From: Octopus sinensis
Taxonomy: Eukaryota
Reading direction: 5' to 3'
Assembly: GCF_006345805.1 (NCBI RefSeq)
Contig: NW_021833115.1
Span: 30,696 to 94,695, forward strand
Length of the DNA stretch: 64,000 nt
Below are positions 48,754 to 62,062 of this stretch, piece after piece. Every line of letters starts with the position of its first letter. The first letter of the stretch is position 1. Both the position numbers and the translations under genes were made by a program. The notes under the pieces were generated by a model. The model worked only from the letters and a program-made list of their open reading frames with translations. It made no database searches and was not told where the DNA came from.

Positions 48754-49683
48754 TATTGGGTCATCCTATAAATAATACGGCTTTTTCAATTGCATGAACT
48801 AAAAGTCGGAGGGGGACGGGATAAACTACCTGCATCAACTTGCTATAAAAGCAGGTAGTAATTTTACTGTATACTTATTCTTAGAGGAAGTTTTGAAGAG
48901 TACAGTTCGATTTTAACAGTTATATTTTCAAAGCTATAATGGAAGTGACAAAGGAGCATATTCGGTATATTTTGGTTTATGTGTTCAATAAACGGAACGA
49001 CACAACGGAAAGCGTGAGGAATATTAATGCAGTATATGGGGATTGGACAATAAGCGTTGGTTCCTTAAATTCCCAGCCAGAAACTACAGCCTAGAAGACG
49101 ACCCCGTCCTGGAATATATGTAGAGTTCGACGAGGACGTCCTGCAAATCCTGGTGGAACAAAATCCCATCATAACTGTTGAGGAACTAGCAGAGAAGCTT
49201 GGATTTGGTCATTCAGCATGTCATTCAAGTCAGCGCTAGAAGAAAAACGACCATCTTTGGTCTCAAGACGAAAGGTATTCTCCCATCAGGATAACGCTCG
49301 GCCACATAAAGCGGGAATAACATTCCAAAGACTGGAGCAGTTTGAATGGGACACGATACCCCACCCATTGTATTCGCCGGACTTTGTCCCATGTGATTAT
49401 CATTTATTCTGCAGTCTTAAGAATTATTTGGATGGAAAAAATATGAATTCTGTAAACGGGGTCAGAACAGCACCGGAAGAGTATTTTCATCACGGATAAC
49501 TGAATTTTGGAAAGAGGGCTTTGCAAGTCTACCAGGTAGATAGAAGAACATTCCAAAGGCTGGAGCAGTTTGAATGGGAAACGATACCCCACCCATTGTA
49601 TCCGCTGTGCTTTGTCCCATCCGATTATCATTTATTCCACAGTCTTAAGAATTATTTGGATGGAAAAAATATGAATTCTGTAA
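48754..49683 (+). mobile_element. Decayed mariner transposon, internally deleted, C-terminus duplicated
   Basis: TIR-like TATTGGGTCATCC, MEVTKEHIRYIL at 48939, HQDNARPH and YSPDFVPCDYHLF (DD34D-type); cut off by a SINE at 49684. Confidence 0.9.
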
Positions 49684-49904
49684 ACTCTTTTACTCTTTTA
49701 CTTGTTTCAGTCATTTGACTGCGGCCATGCTGGAGCACCGCCTTTTAGTCGAGCAAATCGACCCCGGGACTTATTCTTTGTAAGCCCAGTACCTATTCTA
49801 TCGGTCTCTTTTGTCGAACCGCTAAGTTACGGGGACGTAAACACACACCAGCATCGGTTGTCAAGCAATGCTAGGGGGACAAACACAGACACACAAACAC
49901 ACAT

Positions 49905-49951
<47 letters not shown>

Positions 49952-51001
49952 TACGACAGGCTTCTTTCAGTTTCCGTCTACCAAATCCACTCACAAGGCA
50001 TTGGTCGGCCCGGGGCTATAGCAGAAGACACTTGCCCAAGATGCCACGCAGTGGGACTGAACCCGCAACCATGTGGTTGGTTAGCAAGCTACTTACCACA
50101 CAGCCACTCCTGCGCCTGCAATGGACGAAGAAGAACATGTAATTATACACGCGTAAACGACAAAATGCCTATAGGCTGTTATAGTTAAAGATGTGAAATA
50201 ACCTGTAAAGTGCGAGTTCCGAAAGCTTGTAAACTGTAAAATGACTACTGAAGCAGAAAGTATGGCTTCTGGCTTCAAGTTCCACATCCGTTCATGTTTC
50301 CAAAGTTTTCGTCAAAATTAGCGCGTCTACGCAAGACGAAAGGGAATTAAGCGAGCAGATATTTATTATGATTGCTGTAATCGTGGGACTTATCGTTTAC
50401 TGTTCTATGTAGCTGATAGAGAAAGGGGATCGAATGATAGGTAAGAAATATGTTCTAGGTGCCACGTGACAGGCTTCAGAGAAGTTGGTGTGGAAAGGCC
50501 AGGAGAAGAGGTTGTCGTTTGAGAAGTGAGAGCCATTGCAGCAAATCTTTGTGGAGAAGAATAAGCAGTCTGTAGAAAAGTGCAAGAGTAAATTGATTCC
50601 ATCTTTTATAGCATTTACAGCTTAATAGTACATTGTCTGGGTCAGTACATTGCTTGTATAATCTTGACATTCTTTGCCGATTCGACAACAAAGATATTTT
50701 TGATCCGTGTTACAAAACACCGCCGAAAAACAATTTTTAATTCAAAAGCGAGATACATTTTCTTTTTGAGCAAGCTGTAATAGAAGAGAGAGACATTCAC
50801 CGTAGCCATCTTAGCAACACCGCTGACGTAATACGGCTGCTGCTGCTGCTGTTACCGCTGCTATTTTCTGTCATCAACATGTGGACGTATCGCTGGTCGG
50901 TATTCAATTAAATAAAACACGAAATCAAATGATTGGGTGTGAATACGTACTTCCAGCTACAAACTCATACAATATCCATATATATACATACATAGAGACG
51001 C

Positions 51002-51085
<84 letters not shown>

Positions 51086-52857
51086 CAGTCATTTATTAAT
51101 TCATCATAAATACATACATACACATGTAATATAATATCCACCATATATATATACTCTCTCTTTTACTCTCTTTTACTTGTTTCAGTCATTTGAAAGCGGC
51201 AATGCTGGAGCACCACCTTTAATCGAGCAACTCGACCCCGGGACTTATTCTTTGTAAGCCCAGTACTTATTCTATCGGTCTCTTTTGCCGAAACGCCAAG
51301 TTACGGGGACGCAAACACACTAGCATCGGCTGTCAAGCAATGCTAGGGGGACAAACACAGACACACAAACATACACACACATACATATATATATATATAC
51401 ATATATACGACAGGCTTCTTTCAGTTTCCGTCTACCAAATCCACTCACAAAGCATTGGTTGGCCCGAGGCTACAGTAGAAGATACTTGCCCAAGATGCCA
51501 CGCAGTGGGACTGAACCCAGAACCATGTGGTTGGTAAGCAAGCTACTTACCACACAGTCACTCCTGCGCCTATATATATATATATGCATACATATATACA
51601 TGCATATAGTGGCTGTGTGGTAAGTAGCTTGCTTAACAACTACATGGTTCTGGCTTCATATATACATGCATATATATATATATATCTATATATATATATA
51701 TATATATATATATAGATATATATATATATATATATATACATACAAACATACATACATACACACGTATATATATATTCCACCGTGATCGACCAGGCTATCA
51801 GATGTTGCTACACATCACTGGTCACAATGCGCTTCGCATTGTTTTAGCCTTCAAAGGACGCCACCCCGCTGGCTAAGCGCGCAGGCCAACAGAAGAAAGA
51901 GTGAGAGAAAGTTGTAGCGAAAGAGTACAGCAGGGATCGCCACCATCCCCTGCCGGAGCCTCGTGGAGCTTTAGGTTTTTCGCTCATAAAACTCTGGTAA
52001 TCGAACCGCGATCCTACGACCGCGAGTCCGCTGCCCTAACCACTGGGCCATTGCACCTCCACACACACACATATATACATATATATATAATATATATATA
52101 TTATATATATATATATATATTCTTTTATTCTTTACTTGTTTCCGTCATTTGACTGTGGCCATGCTGGAGCACCGCCTTTAGTCGAACGAATCGACCCCAG
52201 GACTTATTCTTTGTAAGACTAGTATTTGTTCTATCGGTCTCGTTCGCCGAACCGCTAAGTTACGGGGACGTAAACACGCCATCATCGGTTGTCAAGCAAT
52301 GGTGGTGGTGGGGTCACAAACACAAACACACACACATACATATACACATATATTTATATATATACGACGGGCCTCTTTCAGTTTCCGTCTACCACATCCA
52401 TTCCCAAGGATTTGGTCGTCCCTAGGATACAGAAGAAGATACTTGCCCAAGGTGCCATGCAGTGGGATTGAACTCGGAAACATGTAGTTGGGAATCAAGC
52501 TTCTTACCCCACTGCCACGCCTGCACCTATTTATATATATATTTATATATATATATTAGCCACTACATACATTTTTTCTCTTCTTGTTTTTTCCGTGTCC
52601 CTTTCTGTATAAGAGCGTTGGCTCGAAACGTAAAAGACTTTTTCTATTCCTGAGCGTTATACTAATACATCTGTTTGTTTTGTATACCACCTGTCTTCGT
52701 CTTTTGTTTTTTTTTTTCGTAAACTCTCCCTATATATATATATGCCCCAGCATGGCCTCAGCCGGATGGCTGAAACAAGTAAAAGAGTAAAAGAGAGTAA
52801 AAGAGAGTATATATATAAATTAGAAAAATTATTATTATTATTATTATTACTATTATT

Positions 52858-53216
52858 CAGTAGTTTTATTTTTATAGCGTGCTTTCACTTCACTACCGAG
52901 CGCAGCTCTGTGTGCCTTGGGTATGTGCTGTGATTTGTTGTGATGCGCTCATGGTTATTGTATGGAAAGTGTTCTGCGTAGGGTGTGTGCAGTGCCTAGT
53001 AGTGCAATTTTCTGTATGTTATATGTGTTTGTAAGTCCTGGTGTTTTTGTTATGTATTTGTCTGAATATTTTTTTATCATGCCTAATGCACCTACTATGA
53101 TAGGAATTGTTTCTGTTTTCAGATTCCACATTCTAGTTACCTCTATTTCCAGGTCTTTGTATTTTGAGAGTTTCTCCATTTCTTTTAGAGACACGTTGTC
53201 ATCTTCGAGAAAATTC
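52858..53216 (-). mobile_element. R4/Dong family 3 3' fragment
   Basis: KLSKYKDLEIEVTRMW..GALG..LLGTAHTLRR. Confidence 0.9.
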
Positions 53217-53699
53217 AATAAATAGATGTAATAGTGACAGAAAGGAGAGCAAAATAGAGATGGTGAGAAGAAAGGGAGGGAGAGAGAGAGAGACAGACCG
53301 AGAGACGGAAAGAGGCGAGAGAAAATGGAATGGAGGGAGGGACAGACAGGAAAGGAGATGTAAAGATGGGGAGCTGAGAGAAAGAGAGAGAGAGAGAGAG
53401 AAGAGAGAGGGAGGGAGAAAAGTTTTATTAAGTAGTAGACTGCAGATTTACAATTAAGCTATTCGACTGGAATTGGTTTTATTGTTTTATTCTGCTGTTT
53501 TCCTGACTTGAGTCAACACACACACACACACACACACGTATTTACGTGGCTATATGTATATATTTGCATATATATATATATGTATATATATATGTGCATA
53601 TTATGTATATACATCATTGGATTGACGTATATGAAGTGAAGCAGCATAATTTTTATTTTATCTAAGCGAGATATTTAATCACTCAAAGTCCACAGTCGT

Positions 53700-53852
53700 T
53701 CAACATGTTGACGGTGCTATGACTTTAAGTCTACATGAGTTAAATAAAAGGAAGCTGTATGCATGCATATATGCATATATGTATATATATATATACATAT
53801 ACATATATACATACATATATACATATATACATATATACATACATACACACAC

Positions 53853-53885
<33 letters not shown>

Positions 53886-53932
53886 GTATCTATGTATATA
53901 TGTATGTATGTATATATATATATGTATATATA

Positions 53933-53963
<31 letters not shown>

Positions 53964-54018
53964 CATAATGTATATATATATATATGTATATATATTATAT
54001 ATTATATACATATATACG

Positions 54019-54060
<42 letters not shown>

Positions 54061-54215
54061 CATATATATATATATATACATATATACGTATATATATATA
54101 TATATATATATACATATATACATATATACATATATATATATATGTATATATACATATGTAAGTATGTATATATATATATATATATATATATACAAACACA
54201 TATATACAAACAGTG
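53700..54215. repeat. (TA)n compound microsatellite
   Basis: Direct reading. Confidence 0.97.
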
Positions 54216-54753
54216 CCAGTATTACATACTTAATGTGTGTGTATTTGTTAAACACTTGTAGCGTCGGCCGTTTCGGCTAAGAGTGACCTCTTCTATGCAA
54301 AGGCGTCGCACATAGTAGACAAAATGTCGCAGCTATAAGTATTTAGCAAACATATATATATTCTATGTGATATTGATAATGTTTACATTACTGAGCTACT
54401 TCTAACAGAAAATGTGAATTTTCTTCCACTTCTGCGACGCTTTTTCGCATCAGCAGATAAATTTTACGCTACCTGTATATACTTCTGGCTGGCGATTAAA
54501 ATGCTTTTGGAGTTTTACCTCTGCTCAAATACAACAAAACGCTGATCTCTATTACTGTAGAATCTATGATTGACAAGTATCCAATGGATTACAGCCAGAG
54601 TCACTACCAACTGCAGCTGCAAAACAACTCAATCGAGAAACTCTTCGAGGAATTAGCCATCAGTTCACCACCAGGAACCGAACGTTCACAAAAATATCAT
54701 TCTTGATTCTAGATGCAAAGAAATTATCCAAGGATCAAACAATGGGTAAGGTC

Positions 54754-54787
<34 letters not shown>

Positions 54788-55063
54788 GAGAGAGAGAGAG
54801 AGAAATACTTTTCCTTCACTTTTCAAGTAATTGCTCTTTGCTCTTTTACTCTTTTACTTGTCTCAGTCATTTGACTGCAGTCATGCTGGAGTACCGCCTT
54901 TTAGTCGAGCAAATCGACCCCCAGGACTTACGCTTTGTAAGCCTAGTACTTATTCTATCGGTCTCTTTTGCCGAACAGCTAAGTTACGGGGACGTAAACA
55001 CACCAACATCGGTTGTCAAGCGATGTTGGGGGGACAAACATACACCCACACAAACACAAACAC

Positions 55064-55750
55064 CGGGTAGGGGATGTGGCATCCAGTGACTGTTCCAGGA
55101 CCTTACCATGGCCCTGGAGGCAGTTCTTTTTAATGTGGCTTGGCTGCAAGCACGAGTGACACTTGGGGGGCACGTCCCTCAAGTATCACCGGATACCTGC
55201 AGCCAGTCATTTAAAAAAAATCTGGAAAAAACAGATTTGCTGCGGCCGATGGGGTCCACAGGGTCAAAATCGCTTTTTACCCTTCCCAATCGACCGCCGG
55301 AAATACCCTTACATTTAAGAGCCTGGGTCCGCTATCCACCAGTCCCTGTCGGATGGTATCTTCAATCCAACCCGCCTCGGTGCTTGGGGGTAACCCACAT
55401 ACCCAGCTCTTATTAATTTCCTTCCGCAGTACGACGGAAGGCACAGAATTTCGTTGCTCTCTTAAGGCGGACTCGCAAATGTGCAAGCCTTTTCCCGGTT
55501 GACACCCGGTTGCATGTTTGACACCACGGGATAGGTATTTCACAGAAGACAAATAGTCTTTCAGTTCATTTTCTATAACTGGTTTTGGGAAGACGTGATG
55601 GAATAAAGAACTTTAGAATAAGTTCTAACAATCACCGTCCTCTCCTCCATATCTTTTAACAACTGCTTAGCCAAAGTTTGGCTCAGTAAGGATGAAAACC
55701 AACATTGGTTGCGTAGTATAATTTTTCTGCTGCCTAGCCAAATCTTATTT
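55064..55750 (-). pseudogene. L1/Tx1-type ORF1 remnant
   Basis: CHSCLQPSHIKKNC (CCHC) and GLPPSTEAGWI, resembling KGPPEVEPMWL in ORF1 at 1066-1338. Confidence 0.65.
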
Positions 55751-56416
55751 CGTCCGATTAGCGCAGGACGAATGTAACGCTGTTTGCATCGCTTTTACAT
55801 TTAATCTTTCCTACACAACTTTTCCCTCTATATTTATGTAATGTAAGGTCATGTCTATCAATCCATTTTACGTGTTGTTTTAAAAATTCAATGCAAACCG
55901 TCGTGTTTCGGCGGTGATTTGCTTCAATTATAAGACTTGTGCTTTCCTTGACTGTTGTATGTATAACGTTTATGAGCCTTTGTTTTTTTGTTTTCTTTGT
56001 TAACGATTTATAGTATGAATATGCAAGTCTTTTTGTTCAGTGAATTGTATGTGTGTTTCTGTTGCAATAATATGATACAAGTTAATGTGTAAATCTGTTG
56101 ATACAGAATGGATTATGCTTATCTCCAGTGGGGTTTTGAAAATGGACAGTTTACTGCATTACTCTACATACATTTATTGGGAAATGAGGGTAGTAGATGG
56201 CTATATATTACTAATTATTACTAATTAAGGAGTGCAATATTATTTGAAGAAGAATTAATGGCAATTTCAGCAAACGCACACAATTTATTCATGCCCTTAC
56301 CTGAGAAAAAAAATCTCCTGAAATACTATAACGGCATAGCAACCACAGTAAAATAACATTCGAACAAACCACGATATTTTCACAAAGTTGAAGAGTTGCA
56401 TGTAAACAGTATATCC

Positions 56417-57027
56417 TATTTCTTTACTACCCACAAGGAGCTAAACACAGAGGGGACAAACAAAGACAGACAAACGGATTAAGTCGATTACATCGACCCC
56501 AGTGCGTAACTGGTACTTATTTAATCGACCCCGAAAGGATGAAAGGCTAAGTCGACCTCGGAGGAATTTGAACTCAGAACGTAATAACAGACGAAATACC
56601 TATTTCTTTACTCCCCACAAGGGGATAAACACAGAGAGGACAAAAAAGGACAGACAAACGGATTAAGTCGATTATATCGACCCCAGTGCGTAACTGGTAC
56701 TTATTTAATCGACCCCGAAAGGATGAAAAGCAAAGTCGGCCTCGGCGGAATTTGAACTCAGAATATAAAGACAGATGAAATACCTATTTCTTTACTACCC
56801 ACAAGGGGCTAAACACAGAGAGGACAAACAAGGACAGACAAACGGATTAAGTCGATTATATCGACCCCAGTGCGTAACTGGTATTTATTTAATCGACCCC
56901 GAAAGGATGAAAGGCAAAGTCGACATCGGCGGAATTTGAACTCAGAACATAGCGGCGGACGAAATACCACAAAGCATTTCTCCCGGCGTGCTAACGTTTC
57001 TGCCAGCTCGCCGCCTTTTAAACGCCC
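56417..57027 (-). mobile_element. Meta-like SINE trimer (head + three 184-bp tail2 units)
   Basis: 15-bp TSD GTAAACAGTATATCC at 56402-56416 and 57028-57042; target motifs at 56593, 56777 and 56961. Confidence 0.9.
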
Positions 57028-57908
57028 GTAAACAGTATATCCATTATTTCATTGGATATATGCCTTCAACAAACCAACCCCTCATTATTCTGATGCATTA
57101 AAAGAAAGTGCTTTTTAATGTTAGGATTAATTACACAAGAGTAATTTCCAAATACTGAAAAACAGAAGACCAAAAATCATACAGCTTAATGCTCTGTTTC
57201 ATCTTAATTTGATAGCAATTACTGCTAAACATTCATTGAAATTATTAAATAAAGGTATTTGAAAAAATAGTTATAAATATTATAAGACATATTGTAAAAT
57301 CACATTTCTGTTGAACATATAATTTTGCTTCAGTTTAGCGAATATCAAGTGTAAAAATTTAAAAAAGCTATCTACATACAATTATTTATGTTCGTCCAGT
57401 TGTAATAATTCCTTAAATTGTACATTAAATAACTGATGTATGCCGAAATCAACAGTGCGTTAAGTGAAAATATTTACAGTTAACGGTTAAATATCTAAGA
57501 ACTGTATCGAGTTGACTGAAAATCAATCCAAATTAAGATATAATGAGAAGTTTCAAAATATGATTTGACACAATGCTATTAAGGTACATCTGGTATTTAA
57601 AAATAACAATATCGGAAACTATAAATTTATTTGAAAGATATTAAAACGCACAAACGTACGGAACCTTATAGTTATAGTAATCACGGCTGTAGCCAGTGTA
57701 TTTCAGAAAAAAACCCCATTTTCTCTAGAAACACTACTTAATTCGTAAAGTATACTAGCCATCTTAATATGGCTAACCACTAGGGGTGGGGGATGTTACT
57801 GTAGCTTTTTAGCCCCAGGAGATCATCGTCTCCAGCTGGCTTTAGACACAATCCGGTGCCCTTTAATGATATTCGCAAAGGGAGGTCATCCCCCTCTCGA
57901 AAACCTAA

Positions 57909-57965
57909 GTGATACGCATGGACTGCAGTTTCGAGATTTGTCTCTTGTCAACACACGCTAATCAC
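57909..57965 (-). ncRNA. Type I hammerhead, U3-A8 covariant core
   Basis: GCGTGTG-TTGACAA-GAGA CAAA TCTC-GAAA-CTGCAG-TC|CATGCGT; palindromic ACTGCAGT stem III. Confidence 0.75.
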
Positions 57966-58373
57966 GGGTTTTCGATAAGAGAGACCTGTTTGCGAATATC
58001 TATTTAATGTTTTTCCCAGTAACCACTGTCACTGATTTCGAAAAACGGTTTGAAACTGCAGTCCATGCGTATCACTTAGGTTTTCGAGAGGGTATGACCT
58101 CCCTTTGCGAATATCATTAAAGAGCACAGGATTGCGTCTAAAGCCAGCTGGAGACGATGATCTCCTGGGGCTAAAAAGCTACAGTAACACCCACCCCTAG
58201 TGGTTAGCCATATTAAGATGGCTAGTATACTTTACGTTGTCGAGTGCTTACTGTTTACATCTCGCTCAAAGATTTATTATTGTTTTCAGACCGTTTTTCG
58301 AAATCAGTGACAGTGGTTACTGGGAAAAACATTAAATAGATATTCGCAAACAGGTCTCTCTTATCGAAAACCC

Positions 58374-58432
58374 GTGATTAGCGTGTGTTGACAAGAGACA
58401 ATAATCTCGAAACTGCAGTCCGTGCGTATCAC
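58374..58432 (+). ncRNA. Type I hammerhead, U3-A8 covariant core (second copy)
   Basis: TTGACAA 58388-58394, GAGA/TCTC, GAAA 58409, GTC cleavage triplet ending 58420. Confidence 0.72.
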
Positions 58433-59011
58433 TTAGGTTTTCGAGAGGGGATGACCTCCCTTTGCGAATATCATTAAAGAGCACAGTTTTGTGCCTAAAG
58501 CCAGCTGGAGACGATGATCTCCTGGGGCTAAAAAGCTACAGTAACACCCCCACCCCTAGTGGTTAGCCATATTGAGATGGCTAGTATACTTTACGTTGTC
58601 GAGCGCTTACTGTTTACATCTCGCTCAGAGATTTATTATTACTACTTAATTCGTTTAGAATTTAATATACCTTTGTAACCATAAATCGAACTTTTTGTCA
58701 AAACTTGCAGGTGTAGCGGTGTCGTAAGAAGTTAGCTTCCGAACAGATGGTTCCGGGTTCAATCCCACTACGTGTTACCTTTGGCAAGCGTCTTCTACAA
58801 CAGTCCTAGGTCGATCAAAGCCTTGTGAGTAGATTTGGTAGATGGAAACTGAAAGGGGCCCGTCGTACATATACATGCATATATATACATATATGTGTAT
58901 ATATTGTACGATACAAAAAAGAAGATGACATTTCTAGAATGCGGCAATGCCGTTAGCACAACAGAAATATTGGGTAACTTACTCTTACAAAGCGGAAAAA
59001 ATTATCAACAA

Positions 59012-59081
59012 GCAGCCATGGGACTCGAACCCGCAGTCCCAAGACTCTGGCTGAGTATTTTACCATTAAGCTAAACTGTCC
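59012..59081 (-). mobile_element. tRNA-like head (probable SINE) nested in a CORE-like SINE
   Basis: TAGCTTAATGG and GGTTCGAGTCC boxes; the acceptor stem does not pair, so not a true tRNA. Confidence 0.55.
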
Positions 59082-60164
59082 GCTGACAAATTCATCAGCA
59101 GATGTTTGATTATATTCATAAACACACGCATGCGCACACACACATACACACACAAACGCATATATATATATATATATATATATATAAACACAATATATAT
59201 ATATATATGTATATATACATACATACATTCATATATAAATATATACACACATACGCACACATACATGCACTTATATATATATATATATACGCACTTATAT
59301 GTATATATATATATATGTATCCATGTGTGTGTCTTTGTGTTTGTGTTTGTCTCGAATCACCGATTCACAACCGGTGCTAGTTTGTTTACATCCCTGTAAC
59401 TTAGCAGCTTAGCACAACGGAACCGATAGAAAGAGTACTAGGTTTTTTAAAAACAATAAATGAATACCGGCATCGATTCGTTCGACTAAAGCTCGTCAAG
59501 GCGGTGCCCCAGCATGGCCGCAGTCCAATGACTGAAACAAGTAGAAGTATAAAAGATACTTTAAAATGTCTAACAGCCGAGCACTGAGCAGTTTTGCGTC
59601 ATATATTTACACGAACAAAACAAATTTGTGATATTTTCTGTTGTTAACGTGTAATGCATATTTACAGTTTTATTTTCTGCATAATATATACGATCGTTTG
59701 ATCTATGTTTTTTATTGCTTGGGAATCACAAAAAAAAATTGCAGTCACAATTTTGGAAGTTTCAGCTAAATATTAATTTTATTATATTATTTTATTTTAT
59801 GGCATTCAGTTCCTTTATATTCGTCTCGCATTGTTCTCTCTCGCCTCTCTCTCTCTCTCAATCTTTCTCTTTCTCTTACTCTATCTATCTATATCTATCT
59901 CTGTCTATGTACATTTTTTTCACTCTTTTACTTGTTTCAGTCATTTGACTGTGGCCATGCTGGAGCACCACCTTTAGTCGAGAAAATCGACCCCTGGACT
60001 AATTCTTTGTAAGTCTAGTACTTATTCTATCGGTTCTCTTTTACTGAACCGCTAAGTTACTGGGACCCAAACACACCAGCATCGGTTTTCAAGCGATGTT
60101 GGGGGGACAAACACAGACACACAAACACAACACACACACGCATATATATATATATATATATAAT

Positions 60165-60216
<52 letters not shown>

Positions 60217-61763
60217 CGACGGGCTTCTTTCAGTTTCCGTCCACCAAATCCACTCACAAGAATGCTTTGATCGGCCCGAGGCTATAGTAGAAGACACTTG
60301 CCCAAGTTGCTACGCAATATATGTTTGTCTGTGTGTGTGTGTGTGAGCGCATAAGCGCATATATGGGCGGTCGTATGTACGCCTTCATAAAATATATATG
60401 TATCTATTTGCATCTATATCTTTGTATATATTGCTCGAACACAGGTACACATAATACATATACATATATGTGTGTGTGTGTGTGAATGTGTGTGTGCGAG
60501 TGTGTATATACATGTATATATCTATAAGGCCATCATATGTGCTTGTGGATGGATGTGGGCTGATGTTTATACGAGTGTGTGCAATTATGTGTGTTGTGTA
60601 AGCAGAGAAATTCAACTTAAGCAATATGCGGTTATGTGGCATGAGAAACATATACGTTCAGAAGAAATAACTGCCGTATGAGAAGTAGTTAAGACGTGCT
60701 GGCAGATCATAAACATACCGATACGTCTTAAGTTACAGACAAAGAGTTAGATACAGGTGGTGGTCTTAGTTGTGATGAGAGCGTTGGTGGAAGGGTTTGA
60801 CTACTCCCAGTTTGTGTTAGTCAGCTGATGATCTATTCTTGGAAATATTTTGAGGTTCCAAATTTACTTTCACCGACACGTAGCAGGGTATAGAAAATGG
60901 ACCAAACGTGTCGGCAGAATCGTTAGCATGTCGGACAAAATGCTTAGCGGCATTTCGCTCGTTTTCATGCTCTGAGTTAAAATTTCCCTGATGTCAACGT
61001 TGCTTTTCATTCCTTGTGAATCGATAAAATAAGTAACCGTCGAACGATTAGGTCCATGTAATCGGCTATTCCCCTACCTCGCCTAGTGACGTTGTTGAGT
61101 GTCTACAATGCATGTTTACACGATATTCTATGTTCACTTGTATGCCGGAAAAAGAAAAAAACAATATTCATGAAAACCAAACCAATCGGAGGAAAATATA
61201 GTTTCCAATAGCCTTACAGGCATTTTCCAATCTCGATGAGAATGAAATTTCATCAGGTTTCATCCGCCTCCACGTTCTGGGATCTATTACTGAAGGGGTC
61301 AACATTGCTTTTCACCCATTTCGCAATCGATAAAATAAGTACCAGTGAGTTATCAGGATCGATGTCATCGATTAACCCCATCCGCCAAAGTTCCAAGCCT
61401 TGGGCCTATAGTAGAAAGAATTACTACCAATGTTGTTAAGGCGGCGAGTTGGCGGGATCGTTAGCATGTTGGATGCTGAGGGGAATCTCTTCCGGATTTA
61501 CGTTCTGAGTTCAAATACCGACGAAGTCGACTTTACCTTTCATCCTGTCGAGATCGATAAAATTGAGTATTGAGGTCGATGTAACACCCAATAGTCCCCT
61601 CTCTCAAATTCCAGGCCTTGTGACTATAATAGAAAGGGTTATTACTGATGTTGTTGCCTTATGCTCTGACTAGACCTGTTTTTGCTTACTCCACCTCCTC
61701 ATGGCAACGTCTTGGGGTTCTAATTTCTCGGCTGAATTACATAGATGCAAGGAAAATATATTG

Positions 61764-62062
61764 TGGAGGCACATGGACTAGTGGTTAGAGCAGCGGACAC
61801 GCGGTCGAGGGATCGCGGGTTCGAATCTCAGACCGGGCGATGTGTGTGTTTATGAGCGAAACACCTAAGCTCCACGCGGCTCCGGCAGAAGGTAATGGCG
61901 AACCTCTGCTGACTCTTTTGCCACAAGTTTCTCTCACTCTTTCCTCCTGCATCTTGCAGCTCACCTGCGATGGACCGGCGTCCCGTCCAGGTGGGGAACC
62001 TATACGCCAAAGAAACTGGGAAACCGGCCCTTGTGAGCCAGGCATGGCTCGAGAAGGAACAA
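61764..62062 (+). mobile_element. tRNA-derived SINE with alternative 3' tail
   Basis: 5' part as in the 36085/51775 family; tail CTGCGATGGACCGGCGTCCCGTCC differs. Confidence 0.8.

Larger units (their letters stand above)
57747..58640 (+). mobile_element. Retrozyme/Penelope-type insertion: 357-bp monomer, tandem + inverted
   Basis: 14-bp TSD ACTACTTAATTCGT (57733-57746, 58641-58654). Direct period 357 (58056/58413). 57747-58055 is an inverted copy of ~58285-58593. Confidence 0.85.

Noticed and set aside
50400-50700. Short overlapping minus-strand ORFs
   Set aside because: No recognisable motif or convincing splice signals.
59012-59081. tRNA gene
   Set aside because: A/B boxes are present but the acceptor stem cannot form; treated as a SINE head.
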